Part shown: in pieces, positions 11,460-22,347 of the stretch | Layout of the letters: each line of letters starts with the position of its first letter | How positions within the stretch are numbered: the first letter of the stretch is position 1 | DNA from: Nitrospira sp. | Lineage (GTDB): Bacteria > Nitrospirota > Nitrospiria > Nitrospirales > Nitrospiraceae | Assembly: GCA_047150005.1 (NCBI GenBank) | Contig: AP038806.1 | Span: forward strand, 1,248,001-1,312,000 | Length of the DNA stretch: 64,000 nt | Reading direction: 5' to 3' | Notes under the pieces: model-generated | What the model was told of the DNA's origin: nothing | Database searches by the model: none | Seen by the model: only the letters and a program-made list of their open reading frames with translations | Translations under genes and position numbers: made by a program

Positions 11460-12140
11460 TTAGTGGCCGCTACCTCCACCACCAGGCAGATTATACTTGG
11501 CCGTCCACGGAATCAAACCACCCACCGGCTTGCCACCGGGCAGCAATACATCGTATTGCATGGGCAACGTGGCCCCATCCGGGGTCTTCGGTGAGGTATT
11601 CAATCCCTGCTTGGCTGCATAGCAAGACGCGTCCATTTCGTTCTTCCCGACACAATCCTTCAAGCGGAGCGCCGAAATGCTGACCGGCTTCCCCGGTGCG
11701 CCGGCGGTTTCCGGGAGCTTCTTGACCGCGGAAATCACGCGATGGTTCTGTTCGGTCTCGGTGACTGTAAACTCGATCAGATCCGTCGTGCTACCAGGCG
11801 GCACTTCCTTGGCGGCAGCAGGACCGGCATGAGGCCTCCCCATCTTCTTGAGTTCTTCCCAGGCACCCTTGTCCGCATAGAACTTGAGATTCTTGCCCGG
11901 ATGAATCTTCTGCCAGAACAAACCGCTCTCCGCATTGCCTCCGAACACAGCCACATTGATCCAGACCGCTTCGTCGTAGGGATCGAGGATGATCACTCGA
12001 CCTTGGAGCGTGGTAGGCTTGCTCATATCTCCCCACTCGAACCGCTCTTGGAAGGACTCAATGGCCAAGGCGGCTGAGGCCATTGAGACCACCAATGCAA
12101 CTGCAGCCATGATGGCCCAGCCTTTCGTATGAAACTTCAT
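11460..12140 (-). CDS. Exported protein of unknown function
   Basis: AGGAGGA RBS before MKFHTKG; signal peptide ending ALA. Confidence 0.85.
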   Translation of the reverse strand: MKFHTKGWAIMAAVALVVSMASAALAIESFQERFEWGDMSKPTTLQGRVIILDPYDEAVWINVAVFGGNAESGLFWQKIHPGKNLKFYADKGAWEELKKMGRPHAGPAAAKEVPPGSTTDLIEFTVTETEQNHRVISAVKKLPETAGAPGKPVSISALRLKDCVGKNEMDASCYAAKQGLNTSPKTPDGATLPMQYDVLLPGGKPVGGLIPWTAKYNLPGGGGSGH

Positions 12141-12206
12141 AATCGCGTCCTCCTTCAACAGCATGAAAGAATGAAGTCTTGTCGAAGTCGATTATTCAAT
12201 GATCCG

Positions 12207-12728
12207 TTAGTCACCCTTGATGACTTTGAAGCCAGTGATCGTCCGGCCATCCAAGCTGACTTCCATTGCCACAAGTTCCTGGGAAGCCTTGATGATCTGA
12301 TCCATCAACGCCTTGTCCTTCACCGCAAGACGAACGGTGGTGGCAGCATGGTACCAACCGGCATAGGGATTATTCCGCTCGGTTCCACCCACGAAGCCCC
12401 AAGCACAGCAGACGAACAGTGGGTCCGGCGGCTTCACGTCGAGATCCGTGGACGAACGACCTGCTGGCGTACCGGAAGCCGGTTCACCGGTATTCCAATA
12501 CTGAATGCCGAACAGCAGTTCTCCATCTGGATTATCTGCCCACTGCGACCAGACCCGACCCTTGAGGGTCTTTGTCGCTTCCCCAGACTTCATGGGCTTC
12601 CCTCCGACGATATTATCGGTCGGACCAGTCGGTCCACCAGGGGCATCGGCGGCAGCAGCAAATTCAGCCGTCAGCAAGCCGAGCACAGAGCACACTGCAA
12701 CTGCGGCTAGAAGTACGACCCTTTTCAT
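12207..12728 (-). CDS. Exported protein of unknown function
   Basis: AGGAGG RBS before MKRVVLLAAV; signal peptide ending AAA-D. Confidence 0.85.
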   Translation of the reverse strand: MKRVVLLAAVAVCSVLGLLTAEFAAAADAPGGPTGPTDNIVGGKPMKSGEATKTLKGRVWSQWADNPDGELLFGIQYWNTGEPASGTPAGRSSTDLDVKPPDPLFVCCAWGFVGGTERNNPYAGWYHAATTVRLAVKDKALMDQIIKASQELVAMEVSLDGRTITGFKVIKGD

Positions 12729-12911
12729 ACCCAATCCCTCCTTCATAAAAGTACAACTACAAGACTGATGAACGCTTGAGTTTAGAGTACGATATAAATG
12801 GAACTGAAATTGAGAACCACGCGTTCACGAGAGCAGGTTCGAGAGCCACCTCCTTTGCTTTCCCCCGTGGTGCATTTGCTTCAATTCTGCATGACGTATT
12901 AAGCGGGGCTC

Positions 12912-12940
12912 ATGGTACTGAAAACACACAATGGAGTCAA
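12912..12940 (-). promoter_or_regulatory. Putative sigma70 promoter of the two-gene exported-protein operon
   Basis: TTGACT-N17-TACCAT in an AT-rich intergenic region. Confidence 0.55.
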
Positions 12941-13073
12941 GGAAATGTTATCCGCTACGGACAATGGAGGGAACACACAAAAAGTTTCATTGAAAACAAA
13001 TACTTATGTAGACACATCGCCGGTGTTGAACCACTCATTTTTCACGAAGGAACCGAGATCTATTAGAGAGTTC

Positions 13074-14333
13074 TCATCTGTATGCCTGAAGCGCGCGCGG
13101 CGAAATCGGGCCCAGGCCGGTGATCGACAGCCGATCAAATCCAAACAGCTCCTGACAGACTCTATGGACATGTTCCGGTTTGACCCGATCAATTTGGCGC
13201 AGGATTTCTTCAAGCGAGATGCGTGCACCATGGATCAATTCATCCTTCGCCAATTTACTCATGCGGCTGTGGGAACTCTCCAGACTAAGCATGAGACTGC
13301 CCTTCATCTGATTCTTTGCTCGTTCCAGTTCGTGCTTCTCGACGCCTTTGTTTCTCAGACGTCTGATCTCACGACAAATCACATCGACGACACGAGTCGC
13401 CTCTTTGGCCCTGGTACCGGCGTACACCGTGATTGTGCCGCCATCGGAATAACCGGAGAGAAATGAATAGATCGAATAGGCCAGCCCTCGCTTCTCCCGC
13501 ACTTCCTGAAAGAGTCTGGAGCTCACACTACCTCCTAAAATGCTGTTGAGCGCATATGCGGCATACCGATCCTGGTGTCCGGCCGCCACGCCGTTCAACC
13601 CCAGGCAAAGATGAACCTGCTCGAGCTTCTTCTGCCTAACCAGTACGCCGCCCTTGACCTCCGGCGGCCGCCGAACCGGATACGTCGCCGCCGAGATGGC
13701 ACCTGTGCGCGCAAAGCGGAAATAGCGCGAAACGAGTTTCTCCAGCGAACGCTGCTCGAAATTCCCGGCGATCGCGATGACGATCTGAACAGGATCGTAG
13801 CGGGCTCCGATATACGCCAGGATGTGCTCGCGCTTGAGTTGTCTGATGGTTTCTTCTCGACCCAGAATCGACCGCCCTAACGGGTGATGCCCGAGAATCT
13901 GCATCATGTGCAGTTCTTGAACATAGTCTTCGGGATCATCCTGGACCATGCGGATCTCCTCGAGGACGACCTGTTTTTCTTTCTCAACCTCCTTGGCGTC
14001 GAACTGCGAGCGATAAAACAAGTCGGAGAGGAGCTGGAACGCACGCTCCAGCTGTTGATCCAGAACCTTCACGTAGAAGGTCGTCGTCTCGCGGGTCGTG
14101 AACGCGTTCATTTCGCCGCCCAGACCGTCAATTTCACGCGAAATCTCGGCGGCGGAACGCGAACGCGTCCCCTTGAAGAACATGTGCTCGATGAAGTGAG
14201 AGTACCCGGCTTGCGACGGCTGTTCGTCACGGGATCCGGTGTTGACCCAGATCCCGACCGTGACCGATTTGAGCGTCGAGATCCGCTCGGTCACCACCCG
14301 CATGCCGTTGTCGAGGACGAGCTTGCGGTACAA
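13074..14333 (-). CDS. M16 family zinc peptidase (pitrilysin-like)
   Basis: GSRDE, inverted zincin HFIEHMFFKGT, NAFTTRE, SSRLFQEVREKRGLAYS; usual position downstream of pnp. Confidence 0.93.
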   Translation of the reverse strand: MYRKLVLDNGMRVVTERISTLKSVTVGIWVNTGSRDEQPSQAGYSHFIEHMFFKGTRSRSAAEISREIDGLGGEMNAFTTRETTTFYVKVLDQQLERAFQLLSDLFYRSQFDAKEVEKEKQVVLEEIRMVQDDPEDYVQELHMMQILGHHPLGRSILGREETIRQLKREHILAYIGARYDPVQIVIAIAGNFEQRSLEKLVSRYFRFARTGAISAATYPVRRPPEVKGGVLVRQKKLEQVHLCLGLNGVAAGHQDRYAAYALNSILGGSVSSRLFQEVREKRGLAYSIYSFLSGYSDGGTITVYAGTRAKEATRVVDVICREIRRLRNKGVEKHELERAKNQMKGSLMLSLESSHSRMSKLAKDELIHGARISLEEILRQIDRVKPEHVHRVCQELFGFDRLSITGLGPISPRALQAYR

Positions 14334-14338
14334 CGTGC

Positions 14339-16459
14339 TTACCCGGCAGATTGATCCTTCGCTCCCGCTCCGGTCGGAGCCGGCATGGTTTCTTTGCGAC
14401 TGAGACGGATCTTCCCTTGGCGATCGACTTCCAAGACTTTGACGAGGATTTGATCGCCCTCGGCTACTTCATCAGCCACGGATTTCACCCGATGATGCGC
14501 GAGCTGTGAAATATGAACCAAGCCGTCCGTCCCGGGAAGCACCTCGACGAACGCTCCGAAGTCCATGATCTTTCGAACGGTCCCCAAGTAGGTCTTGCCG
14601 ACCTCCACCTCTTCGACGATCCGACCGATTAGTTCCTTTGCCTTCTCCAATGATGCCTCATCGACGGACGCAATCGTGACCACGCCGGTATCCTCAATGT
14701 TGATCTTGACTCCACAATCGGCTTGGATGCCGCGGATGGTCTTCCCGCCCGGGCCGATGACTTCCCGAATCTTGTCCTGCTTCACTTTCATCGTGAAGAT
14801 GCGCGGGGCAAACGCGGACATATTCTGTCGCGGCGCTCCGATCGCCTTCAGCATGCAGTTCAGGATATGCAACCGTCCCGTCTTGGCCTGCTCCAATGCC
14901 TGGTGCATCAAGGCCGGTGTAATACCGCCGATCTTGATGTCCATCTGAAGCGCGGTCACGCCGTGCCTGGTACCGCACACCTTGAAATCCATATCGCCCA
15001 GATGATCTTCCAGACCGAGAATGTCGGACAGGATCATCACACGATCGTCTTCCTTGATGAGTCCCATGGCGATACCGGCCACCGGCTCCTTGATCGGTAC
15101 CCCGGCGTCCATCATGCCGAGCGTGCCGCCGCATACGGTCGCCATAGAGGAGGATCCGTTCGATTCAAGAATGTCGGAGACAATACGCAAGGTATAGGGG
15201 AACACGTCTTTGCCGGGGATGACCGGCTTGAGAGCCCTTTCAGCGAGCGCTCCATGACCGACTTCCCGCCGGCCTGGCGATCGCAACGGCCTCGCCTCCC
15301 CGACGCTGAATGGCGGGAAATTGTAATGGAGCATGAATGTCCTGGTATATTCGCCCTCGAGCGCGTCAATGCGCTGTTCATCGTCCGTTGTGCCCAGCGT
15401 GATGACGGCGAGGCTTTGAGTCTCGCCTCTGGTAAACAGCGCCGACCCATGGGTACGGGGCAATACCCCCACTTCACATGTGATCGGGCGGATATCGCTG
15501 GGGCCGCGGCCATCGGCTCTTGACCCCTTCTCGAGGATCATGTTCCGCACTTCCGTGTACTCCAATCCGTGAAACACGATCTTCACGTGTCGTTCGCGAT
15601 TGGGGTCATCCGGATTTTTCAGTTTCTCGATCGCGTCCTTGAGGATGAGATCCAACCGTTCCTGCCGCGCCGTCTTGTTTGGGATCATGATCGCGTCTCG
15701 AATTCCCTGCGCGACCAACGCCTTGACCTGTCCCGCGAGACCCGGATCGATCGTCTCCGTCACCACGGGGCGCTTCGGCTTGTCACCCGACAGCACCCGA
15801 AGCTCGTTGATCTTCGCCACGATTTTCTTGATCTCCGCATGGGCCAGTTCGATCGCCGCCAACATCGTCGTTTCCGGCAATTCATTGGCCCCGGCTTCGA
15901 CCATCATCACGGCCTCGGCCGTCCCCGCGACGACCAGATGCAATTCGCTTTGCTCGAGTGTTTCCAGATCGGGATTGACTACAAACTGCCCGTTGACACG
16001 ACCGATTTTGACGCCGGCGACCGGGCCGAGGAAGGGGATGTTGGACACAGCCAATGCAGCGGAAGCGGCCGTAATGCCGATGACATCGGATGAGCCGGTC
16101 TTGTCCGCCGACAACACCGAGGCGATGACCTGGGTCTCAAAATAATACCCCTCCGGAAACAGCGGACGTAGCGGCCGATCGATCAATCGGCTCGTCAGAA
16201 CCTCCTTCTCCGACGGCCGCCCTTCACGCTTGAAATAGCCTCCGGGGATCTTCCCGGCTGCATAGGCCTTCTCCTGATAGTCGACGGTGAGGGGGAGAAA
16301 ATCCACGCCCGGCTTGGCGTTCTGCGAAGCAACCGCCGTGGCCAACACCACGGTGTCTCCGTACGACGCCCAGATCGAGCCATCAGCCTGCTTGGCGACC
16401 CGTCCGGTTTCGAGCCGCAATGTCCTACCGGCAATGTCGAGTTCGACTGCATGTACCAT
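14339..16459 (-). CDS. pnp: Polyribonucleotide nucleotidyltransferase
   Basis: DFLPLTVDYQEK, RLIDRPLRPLF, FTRGETQ, ESNGSSSMA, GDMDFKV, KH and S1 domains. Confidence 0.98.
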   Translation of the reverse strand: MVHAVELDIAGRTLRLETGRVAKQADGSIWASYGDTVVLATAVASQNAKPGVDFLPLTVDYQEKAYAAGKIPGGYFKREGRPSEKEVLTSRLIDRPLRPLFPEGYYFETQVIASVLSADKTGSSDVIGITAASAALAVSNIPFLGPVAGVKIGRVNGQFVVNPDLETLEQSELHLVVAGTAEAVMMVEAGANELPETTMLAAIELAHAEIKKIVAKINELRVLSGDKPKRPVVTETIDPGLAGQVKALVAQGIRDAIMIPNKTARQERLDLILKDAIEKLKNPDDPNRERHVKIVFHGLEYTEVRNMILEKGSRADGRGPSDIRPITCEVGVLPRTHGSALFTRGETQSLAVITLGTTDDEQRIDALEGEYTRTFMLHYNFPPFSVGEARPLRSPGRREVGHGALAERALKPVIPGKDVFPYTLRIVSDILESNGSSSMATVCGGTLGMMDAGVPIKEPVAGIAMGLIKEDDRVMILSDILGLEDHLGDMDFKVCGTRHGVTALQMDIKIGGITPALMHQALEQAKTGRLHILNCMLKAIGAPRQNMSAFAPRIFTMKVKQDKIREVIGPGGKTIRGIQADCGVKINIEDTGVVTIASVDEASLEKAKELIGRIVEEVEVGKTYLGTVRKIMDFGAFVEVLPGTDGLVHISQLAHHRVKSVADEVAEGDQILVKVLEVDRQGKIRLSRKETMPAPTGAGAKDQSAG

Positions 16460-16515
16460 CTATGGTCTCCTTATGGTTGTGCCCCACAGATGCCCACAGA
16501 GATGGACTCCGAATC

Positions 16516-16595
16516 GACGAGGAATGTTCGAAGACGCAAGATCAAGGTGAGTAGCGTTGCAACTCGCCCATTGCGCAAGCACTTCGAACACCGTC
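16516..16595 (-). promoter_or_regulatory. Long imperfect hairpin in the rpsO-pnp spacer (candidate RNase III site)
   Basis: Nested complementary arms TGTTCGAAG/CTTCGAACA, CGCAA/TTGCG and GGTGAGT/ACTCGCC. Confidence 0.5.
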
Positions 16596-16653
16596 CGAGC
16601 CGAGCCCATGTCAGTGTTCACCTGTGCGACTGGTCTGAAGCTGGTGCGCGCGA

Positions 16654-16923
16654 CTACTTTCTGATGCCCAGCCGGTCGATGACGGCCCGATATCGGGCCT
16701 CGTCCACGTCCCTGAGATAGTCCAAGAGCCGGCGACGGCGCCCGACGAGTTGAAGCAGGCCGCGCCGAGAATGATGGTCCTTCTTGTGCAGCTTGAAATG
16801 CTCCGTCAGATAACTGATCCGGTTCGTCAGTACGGCGATCTGCACCTCCGGCGAACCCGAATCCCCGTCGTGCTGGCGATATTGCCTGATCAACTCGGTC
16901 TTGGCTTCTTTCAACAATGCCAT
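16654..16923 (-). CDS. rpsO: 30S ribosomal protein S15
   Basis: [25 protein letters not shown]. Confidence 0.98.
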   Translation of the reverse strand: MALLKEAKTELIRQYRQHDGDSGSPEVQIAVLTNRISYLTEHFKLHKKDHHSRRGLLQLVGRRRRLLDYLRDVDEARYRAVIDRLGIRK

Positions 16924-16953
16924 GAATAAATCTCCTCTCTCCTTACGTCTTGC

Positions 16954-17904
16954 TTAGTTTTGTTCAATCAACAGTTTTTCGACGGCCAGCACCGTCTCGC
17001 CCCGCACGAGATACTTCCCGATCGCCAGGAGTCGTCCCTCCACATCATGGATACGAACCGGTCTGCTCGACGCGGCAACCTCGTACCGACAATCCGGCAA
17101 ATCCCGTATGTGTCTCAACGGAACCGGCGCCCCGTGCCGCACACGTTCAGCCGCCGGGCCGACCACCACGACGGCCTGAAACTCACTGAGCGCCTGATCA
17201 AGGGACACAACGGCCTCTCCAAGATCGCCAAGTGCATAGCGGGCGGCCACTTCGTCAACGGTCGCGGCCTGATCAAGGCTGAGCGGTCCGACGCGCCTGC
17301 GTTCCAGCGACAGCAGATGTCCGCCGACCTCCAAGGTCGCGCCGATATCCGCGCATAGTGTCCTCACATACGTGCCCTTGGAACACACGACGCGAAGAGT
17401 CACATTCTGTCCGTCGATCTCGAGAACGTCGAGCGAGTGAATCCTGACGGTTCTCGCCTGACGCGCTATCGTCCGCCCTGCCCGGGCAGACTTATATAGC
17501 GGCACCCCGGCGACTTTGACGGCCGAATACATCGGAGGCACCTGCTCGATGGAGCCCCGAAACCGGGTCACGATCTCTTGGATGGCGGCTGGCGTCACGT
17601 GATCCGTGGACTGCCGAGTCACAAGGGCACCGGTCGCATCCTGTGTCTCGGTGGTTTCACCGAGGCGAAGCACCGCCCGATATTCTTTGTCCCACTCGAC
17701 GAGATACTCGGCGATACGTGTTCCTCGGCCGATCAAGACAGGCAACACCCCAGTCGCTGCGGGGTCCAGTGTCCCCGCATGCCCAACCTTGGCTCCCCCG
17801 AGAACGTGCCGGATCTTGGCTACCACGTCATGCGACGTCCAGCCAGCTTCCTTGTTAACGGTCAGGACACCGTCCAGGGTACTCTGCGCCACATTCGTCA
17901 TCAT
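16954..17904 (-). CDS. truB: tRNA pseudouridine(55) synthase
   Basis: TSHDVV, KVGHAGTLDP, QVPPMYSAVK, CSKGTYVRTL. Confidence 0.96.
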   Translation of the reverse strand: MMTNVAQSTLDGVLTVNKEAGWTSHDVVAKIRHVLGGAKVGHAGTLDPAATGVLPVLIGRGTRIAEYLVEWDKEYRAVLRLGETTETQDATGALVTRQSTDHVTPAAIQEIVTRFRGSIEQVPPMYSAVKVAGVPLYKSARAGRTIARQARTVRIHSLDVLEIDGQNVTLRVVCSKGTYVRTLCADIGATLEVGGHLLSLERRRVGPLSLDQAATVDEVAARYALGDLGEAVVSLDQALSEFQAVVVVGPAAERVRHGAPVPLRHIRDLPDCRYEVAASSRPVRIHDVEGRLLAIGKYLVRGETVLAVEKLLIEQN

Positions 17905-18300
17905 CTAGGAATTGGTCGTCGTAGGATCTTGTTCTTGCTGAGCGCGCCCCTGTAATTCGTCAAGCAATCGCAAGACGCGGTCGCCTCTGGGCCCGCTCAC
18001 ATCCTTCACAAAAATGATCTCCGGAAGATACCGAAGCGTCAGCCTGCGCCCTAATTCGCCCCGCACAAAGCCGGCCACTCTGGCGAGACCGGTAAAGACC
18101 TCACGCGTCTCTTCATCTGACCCAAGTGCCGTCACGAATACGCGGGCGATGCGCAAATCGCTCGTGAGTTCCGCATCAGTCACCGTCACCGATTTCACGC
18201 GGGGATCTTTGATCTTCCGCATGAGAATATCGGCCACCTCCATGCGAATTTGGTCGGCCACGCGGTCGGCCCGGCTGTATTCGGTCTTGGGCCTCGTCAT
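17905..18300 (-). CDS. rbfA: Ribosome-binding factor A
   Basis: RADRVADQI, IKDPRV, LTSDLRIARVFV, LRYLPEI. Confidence 0.95.
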   Translation of the reverse strand: MTRPKTEYSRADRVADQIRMEVADILMRKIKDPRVKSVTVTDAELTSDLRIARVFVTALGSDEETREVFTGLARVAGFVRGELGRRLTLRYLPEIIFVKDVSGPRGDRVLRLLDELQGRAQQEQDPTTTNS

Positions 18301-18316
18301 CGTCCTCTATCCGCCG

Positions 18317-18598
18317 CTACAACAACTCCACCTTGGACCGGGTGAGCTCCACCGCCGGATCGCTCTGGATCAAATTCAACGCCTGGTCCAGGACCTGATT
18401 GACATGTCGCCCATCATTCGACACACAGGCGATGCCCAAGACGGCCTTCTGCCAGAGATCCTGCCCATCGACCTCCGCCACGGACAGATTGAACTGCCCG
18501 TGCAGCCGATCCTTCAGGCGTAGAAGCACCCGGCGCTTGTCTTTCAAGGATCGGGAGTCTGAAAGGAACAACTCGATCGTGCAGACCCCGACGATCAT
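18317..18598 (-). CDS. DUF503 (YlxP-like) protein
   Basis: SLKDKRRV, FNLSVAEV, QDLWQKA; conserved position between infB and rbfA. Confidence 0.9.
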   Translation of the reverse strand: MIVGVCTIELFLSDSRSLKDKRRVLLRLKDRLHGQFNLSVAEVDGQDLWQKAVLGIACVSNDGRHVNQVLDQALNLIQSDPAVELTRSKVELL

Positions 18599-18620
18599 AT
18601 CCGCAGCGACGACTTACGGA

Positions 18621-21131
18621 TCAGAGCTTGACCGCAATCTTGTCGATCGCGTAGGCCTCGATGATGTCTCCGGCCTTGATATCGTTGAAATTCTCGACTC
18701 CGATACCGCACTCGTATCCCTGCTGTACCTCCCGGACATCGTCCTTGAACCGGCGGAGCGATCCCAACTTTCCCTGATAGACCACCACATTGTCGCGAAT
18801 GACCCGCACGCCGGCACTGGCACGCGTGATCGTACCGTCCACCACGTACGATCCGCCAATTGTTCCGGCCTTGGAAACCGTGAAGACCTGACGGACTTCG
18901 GCGCGGCCCAGGACACGCTCCTTGAGCGTCGGCTCCAGCAGCCCTTCCATCGCGGCCTTGATATCGGCTAAGGCCTCGTAAATGATGGTATAGAGCCGGA
19001 CGTCGACGCCTTCCTTCTCAGCCAAAGCGGACGCCTTGGTTTCGGGTCTGATGTTGAAGCCGATGATGATGGCGTTCGAAGCCGCCGCCAAGAGGACGTC
19101 GGACTCGGTGATACCGCCGACGCCATTATGGATGACGCGTAGCTTCACGAGCTCGGTGGGAAGTTTTTCGATCGCCGCGGCCAGCGCTTCGGACGAGCCC
19201 TGGACGTCCGCTTTGATGACCAAGGCCAATTCCTTGACCGATCCTTCCTGGATCTTGGCGAAGAGATCGTTGAGCGATACCTTCCCCGAGCCGGCTAATT
19301 CGGCGGCTCGCTGCTTGCGCGCACGATCCTCGGCGATCTCGCGCGCCGCCCGTTCATCCTTGACGGCTTGAAAGACGTCGCCGGCGGAGGGGACTCCGGG
19401 CAACCCGATTACTTCGACCGGGATGGACGGACCTGCCTCCTCCACCTTGACGCCGGTATGACTGATTAGCGCCCGGACCTTGCCGCTGAAGGAGCCCACG
19501 ACGAAAACATCGCCGACGTGCAATGTGCCGTTCTGTATCAGAACGGTGGCGACCGGTCCGCGACCACGCTCGAGCTTGGCCTCGACCACGGCGCCCTTGG
19601 CCAATAGGTGCGGATCCGCCTTCAGTTCCAAAATCTCGGCCTGGAGCAGGATCATTTCCAACAGTTGATCCAGGCCCGTCTTCTGCTTGGCAGACACTTC
19701 CACCATAATGGTGTCTCCGCCCCAGGCCTCGGAAATCAGGCCGTGCTCGGACAGCGAGTTTCGTACACGATCGGGATTGGCGGTCGGCTTGTCGATCTTA
19801 TTCATCGCGACAATGAGCGGGACACCCGCCGCCTTGGCATGGTGAATGGCCTCGATGGTCTGCGGCATGACCCCATCATCGGCGGCCACCACGAGAATGA
19901 CGATGTCGGTGACTTTGGCGCCGCGCGCGCGCATGGCGGTAAACGCTTCGTGTCCGGGCGTGTCGAGAAAGGTCACCAGCTTCCCGCGCACGGTCACCGT
20001 GTAGGCCCCGATGTGCTGCGTGATCCCGCCGGCTTCACCCTCCGCCACCTTGGTTTCGCGAATCGCGTCAAGCAACGAGGTCTTCCCGTGATCCACATGA
20101 CCCATGATGGTCACCACCGGCGGCCTCGGCTCCGGACGTCCCTCACCTTCGGTTGAAACAAGATCTTCCAGCAATTCTTCTCCCGCCTTTTCGACCGAAA
20201 TATCCACCCTGACGCCGCTTTCCTCGGCGATCATGAGCGCGACGTCGGTATTCATCGGCTGATTAAAGGTCAGCATTTGACCCATGTCCATGAGCTTGCG
20301 TACGATGTCCGCCGGTCGTTGCCCGATCAGCTCGGCAAATTCCTTGACCGTGGTCCCTGGCGAGAGTTTCACGCTCTTCTTGCGCGGCTTCGTAATCTCT
20401 CCGGGCGCACTGTGGTGAACGTGACGAGCCCGATCCTCACGCCGCTGAACGGGAATGGCGCGAAGATCCTGCCACCGCGCGGCATCCTCCCGCACCCGCA
20501 CGTCGTCTTCTTCCCGCGGGCGTCCCGGCTTCCGGGCCTTCTTCAACTTATCCTTCAGGCCTTCAGCCTGGAGTTCCTCCAACGCTTTCTTCTTGCCTGT
20601 GACCGCATCGCCACTCGGGACCAGAGGCTTGGCCGGAGCCGTCTGGGCCTGGAGAGACGCCGGGGCCTGCGGGCCTGCTCCGCTCAAGGGCTGCGGCTCG
20701 TGAATGGACACAGGAGAACTTTCCGGATGGGAAGGCGCGGCGGGCTGCAGGAGAGTCGACTCCGGTGCCGTCCCGGAGGAAGGAACGGCGGTCACCGGCA
20801 CGAACGCTTCTTCGGCCGGCGCATCGTCAGTCTTTTTTCGCTTGATGAGAATGCGGCGCTTATCCGGTTTGGCCGCTTCCTCCACAGACGCTCCGGCGGC
20901 TCTCCCGCTCGCCGACTGATGGTCGGTGTCGCGGTGGCGGTCGCTTCGACCTCCCTCTGCTTCCTTCGTGGAGAGCTTATGTTTGGGCCCCAGTTTCTCC
21001 AACGCCTTGTGGACGGCCTCGTCCTCCAACGCGCTGCTGTGCGAGGCCACCGCAATCCCCATTCGCTTGAGCTCAGGGATCAGGTCCCGATTCTCCATCC
21101 CGAGCTGTTTCGCCAATTCATAGACGCGCAT
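18621..21131 (-). CDS. infB: Translation initiation factor IF-2
   Basis: [49 protein letters not shown]. Confidence 0.98.
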   Translation of the reverse strand: MRVYELAKQLGMENRDLIPELKRMGIAVASHSSALEDEAVHKALEKLGPKHKLSTKEAEGGRSDRHRDTDHQSASGRAAGASVEEAAKPDKRRILIKRKKTDDAPAEEAFVPVTAVPSSGTAPESTLLQPAAPSHPESSPVSIHEPQPLSGAGPQAPASLQAQTAPAKPLVPSGDAVTGKKKALEELQAEGLKDKLKKARKPGRPREEDDVRVREDAARWQDLRAIPVQRREDRARHVHHSAPGEITKPRKKSVKLSPGTTVKEFAELIGQRPADIVRKLMDMGQMLTFNQPMNTDVALMIAEESGVRVDISVEKAGEELLEDLVSTEGEGRPEPRPPVVTIMGHVDHGKTSLLDAIRETKVAEGEAGGITQHIGAYTVTVRGKLVTFLDTPGHEAFTAMRARGAKVTDIVILVVAADDGVMPQTIEAIHHAKAAGVPLIVAMNKIDKPTANPDRVRNSLSEHGLISEAWGGDTIMVEVSAKQKTGLDQLLEMILLQAEILELKADPHLLAKGAVVEAKLERGRGPVATVLIQNGTLHVGDVFVVGSFSGKVRALISHTGVKVEEAGPSIPVEVIGLPGVPSAGDVFQAVKDERAAREIAEDRARKQRAAELAGSGKVSLNDLFAKIQEGSVKELALVIKADVQGSSEALAAAIEKLPTELVKLRVIHNGVGGITESDVLLAAASNAIIIGFNIRPETKASALAEKEGVDVRLYTIIYEALADIKAAMEGLLEPTLKERVLGRAEVRQVFTVSKAGTIGGSYVVDGTITRASAGVRVIRDNVVVYQGKLGSLRRFKDDVREVQQGYECGIGVENFNDIKAGDIIEAYAIDKIAVKL

Positions 21132-21164
21132 AACGATCTTATATCCAGTCCCGGTACGACGGCT

Positions 21165-22316
21165 TCATTCTCCGGCCTCAGCCTGGGCTTTCTCCTGTTG
21201 TCGAGCTTCTTCCTGTTGCCGCTGCGCTTCAGCCTCCTCCGCCAGCGCCGCCTTGATTTCCCGATCACGCTCCGCCTTTTCCTTCTCGTACTCCGTTGCG
21301 CTAATGATGTCGATTTTCCAGCCGGTCAGCCGTGCGGCCAGCCGGACATTCTGTCCGTTCTTACCGATCGCCAGGGACAACTGGGAATCGGCCACGACGA
21401 CCAGGGCGGATTTCTTCTCCTCATCCACACCGACCTTTTCGATGGTGGCCGGATTCAGCGCTTCGGCGATGAACACCCGGGGATCCATTGTCCAGGTGAT
21501 AATGTCGATTTTCTCGCCCCGCAGTTCTCTCACCACGGCCTGGACCCGCGACCCCTTGATGCCGACGCACGCGCCGACCGGATCGACCGCCTTCTCGCGT
21601 GACGTCACGGCGATCTTGGTCCGATCCCCCGGTTCACGCACCACCGCCTTGATCTCCACGATCTTTTCCATGACCTCGGGCACTTCCAATTCGAACAGTT
21701 TCGAGACGAACTGCGGGTGGCTGCGGGTGAGGATGACCTGAACGTCTTTCGGGGTCCGCCGAACTTCCAACAACATGGCTTTGACCCGGTCACCCCGACG
21801 ATAGGTTTCTCGCGGAATTTGCTCTTGGATGGGAAGCACCGCCTCGGTCTTGCCGAGATCGACCAGATAGTTGCGGCGCTCCATTCCGAGGATGATGCCG
21901 TTGACCAGATCGCCTTGCCTGGTCGAGTACTCCTTTTGGACCGCTTCCCATTCCGCCTCGCGGACCTTCTGGAATATGACCTGCTTCGCGGTCTGGGCGG
22001 CGATGCGTCCCAGTTCGTCCATTTCGATCAACGAACCGATCTCGTCTCCCACCTCCGCTTCGCTGTCGTATTGCCTCGCTTCCTTGAGCGAAATCTCGGC
22101 CTTGGGATTCGTCACCGCATCGACAATGATCTTCTTGGAGACGACCGAGATCTCGCCGGTTTTGGCGTCGATTTCGACTTGAATATTCTCGGCCTGCCCG
22201 AAGCGCTTTTTTGCGGCAGTCTGCAGTGCCGCTTCGATGGCGCCGATCACTTTCGTCTTGTCGATTCCCTTTTGACGCCCGATCTCGTCGATCACCGAAA
22301 TGAGTTCTCGATTCAT
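21165..22316 (-). CDS. nusA: Transcription termination factor NusA
   Basis: GRIAAQTAKQVI, LFELEVPE, REPGDRTKIAV, SLAIGKNGQNVRLA. Confidence 0.97.
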   Translation of the reverse strand: MNRELISVIDEIGRQKGIDKTKVIGAIEAALQTAAKKRFGQAENIQVEIDAKTGEISVVSKKIIVDAVTNPKAEISLKEARQYDSEAEVGDEIGSLIEMDELGRIAAQTAKQVIFQKVREAEWEAVQKEYSTRQGDLVNGIILGMERRNYLVDLGKTEAVLPIQEQIPRETYRRGDRVKAMLLEVRRTPKDVQVILTRSHPQFVSKLFELEVPEVMEKIVEIKAVVREPGDRTKIAVTSREKAVDPVGACVGIKGSRVQAVVRELRGEKIDIITWTMDPRVFIAEALNPATIEKVGVDEEKKSALVVVADSQLSLAIGKNGQNVRLAARLTGWKIDIISATEYEKEKAERDREIKAALAEEAEAQRQQEEARQQEKAQAEAGE

Positions 22317-22347
22317 CGCTCGCTCTCCCCGCTGTATCCGCCGACTC

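Noticed and set aside
12740..12860. AAGGAGGTG inside the leader of the exported-protein operon as the RBS of a uORF
   Set aside because: The next plausible start codon is about 18 nt downstream, too far for normal initiation
12776..13466. Plus-strand ORFs 12776..13066 and 12912..13466
   Set aside because: They overlap a promoter region and the M16 gene in antisense; no RBS or protein-like features
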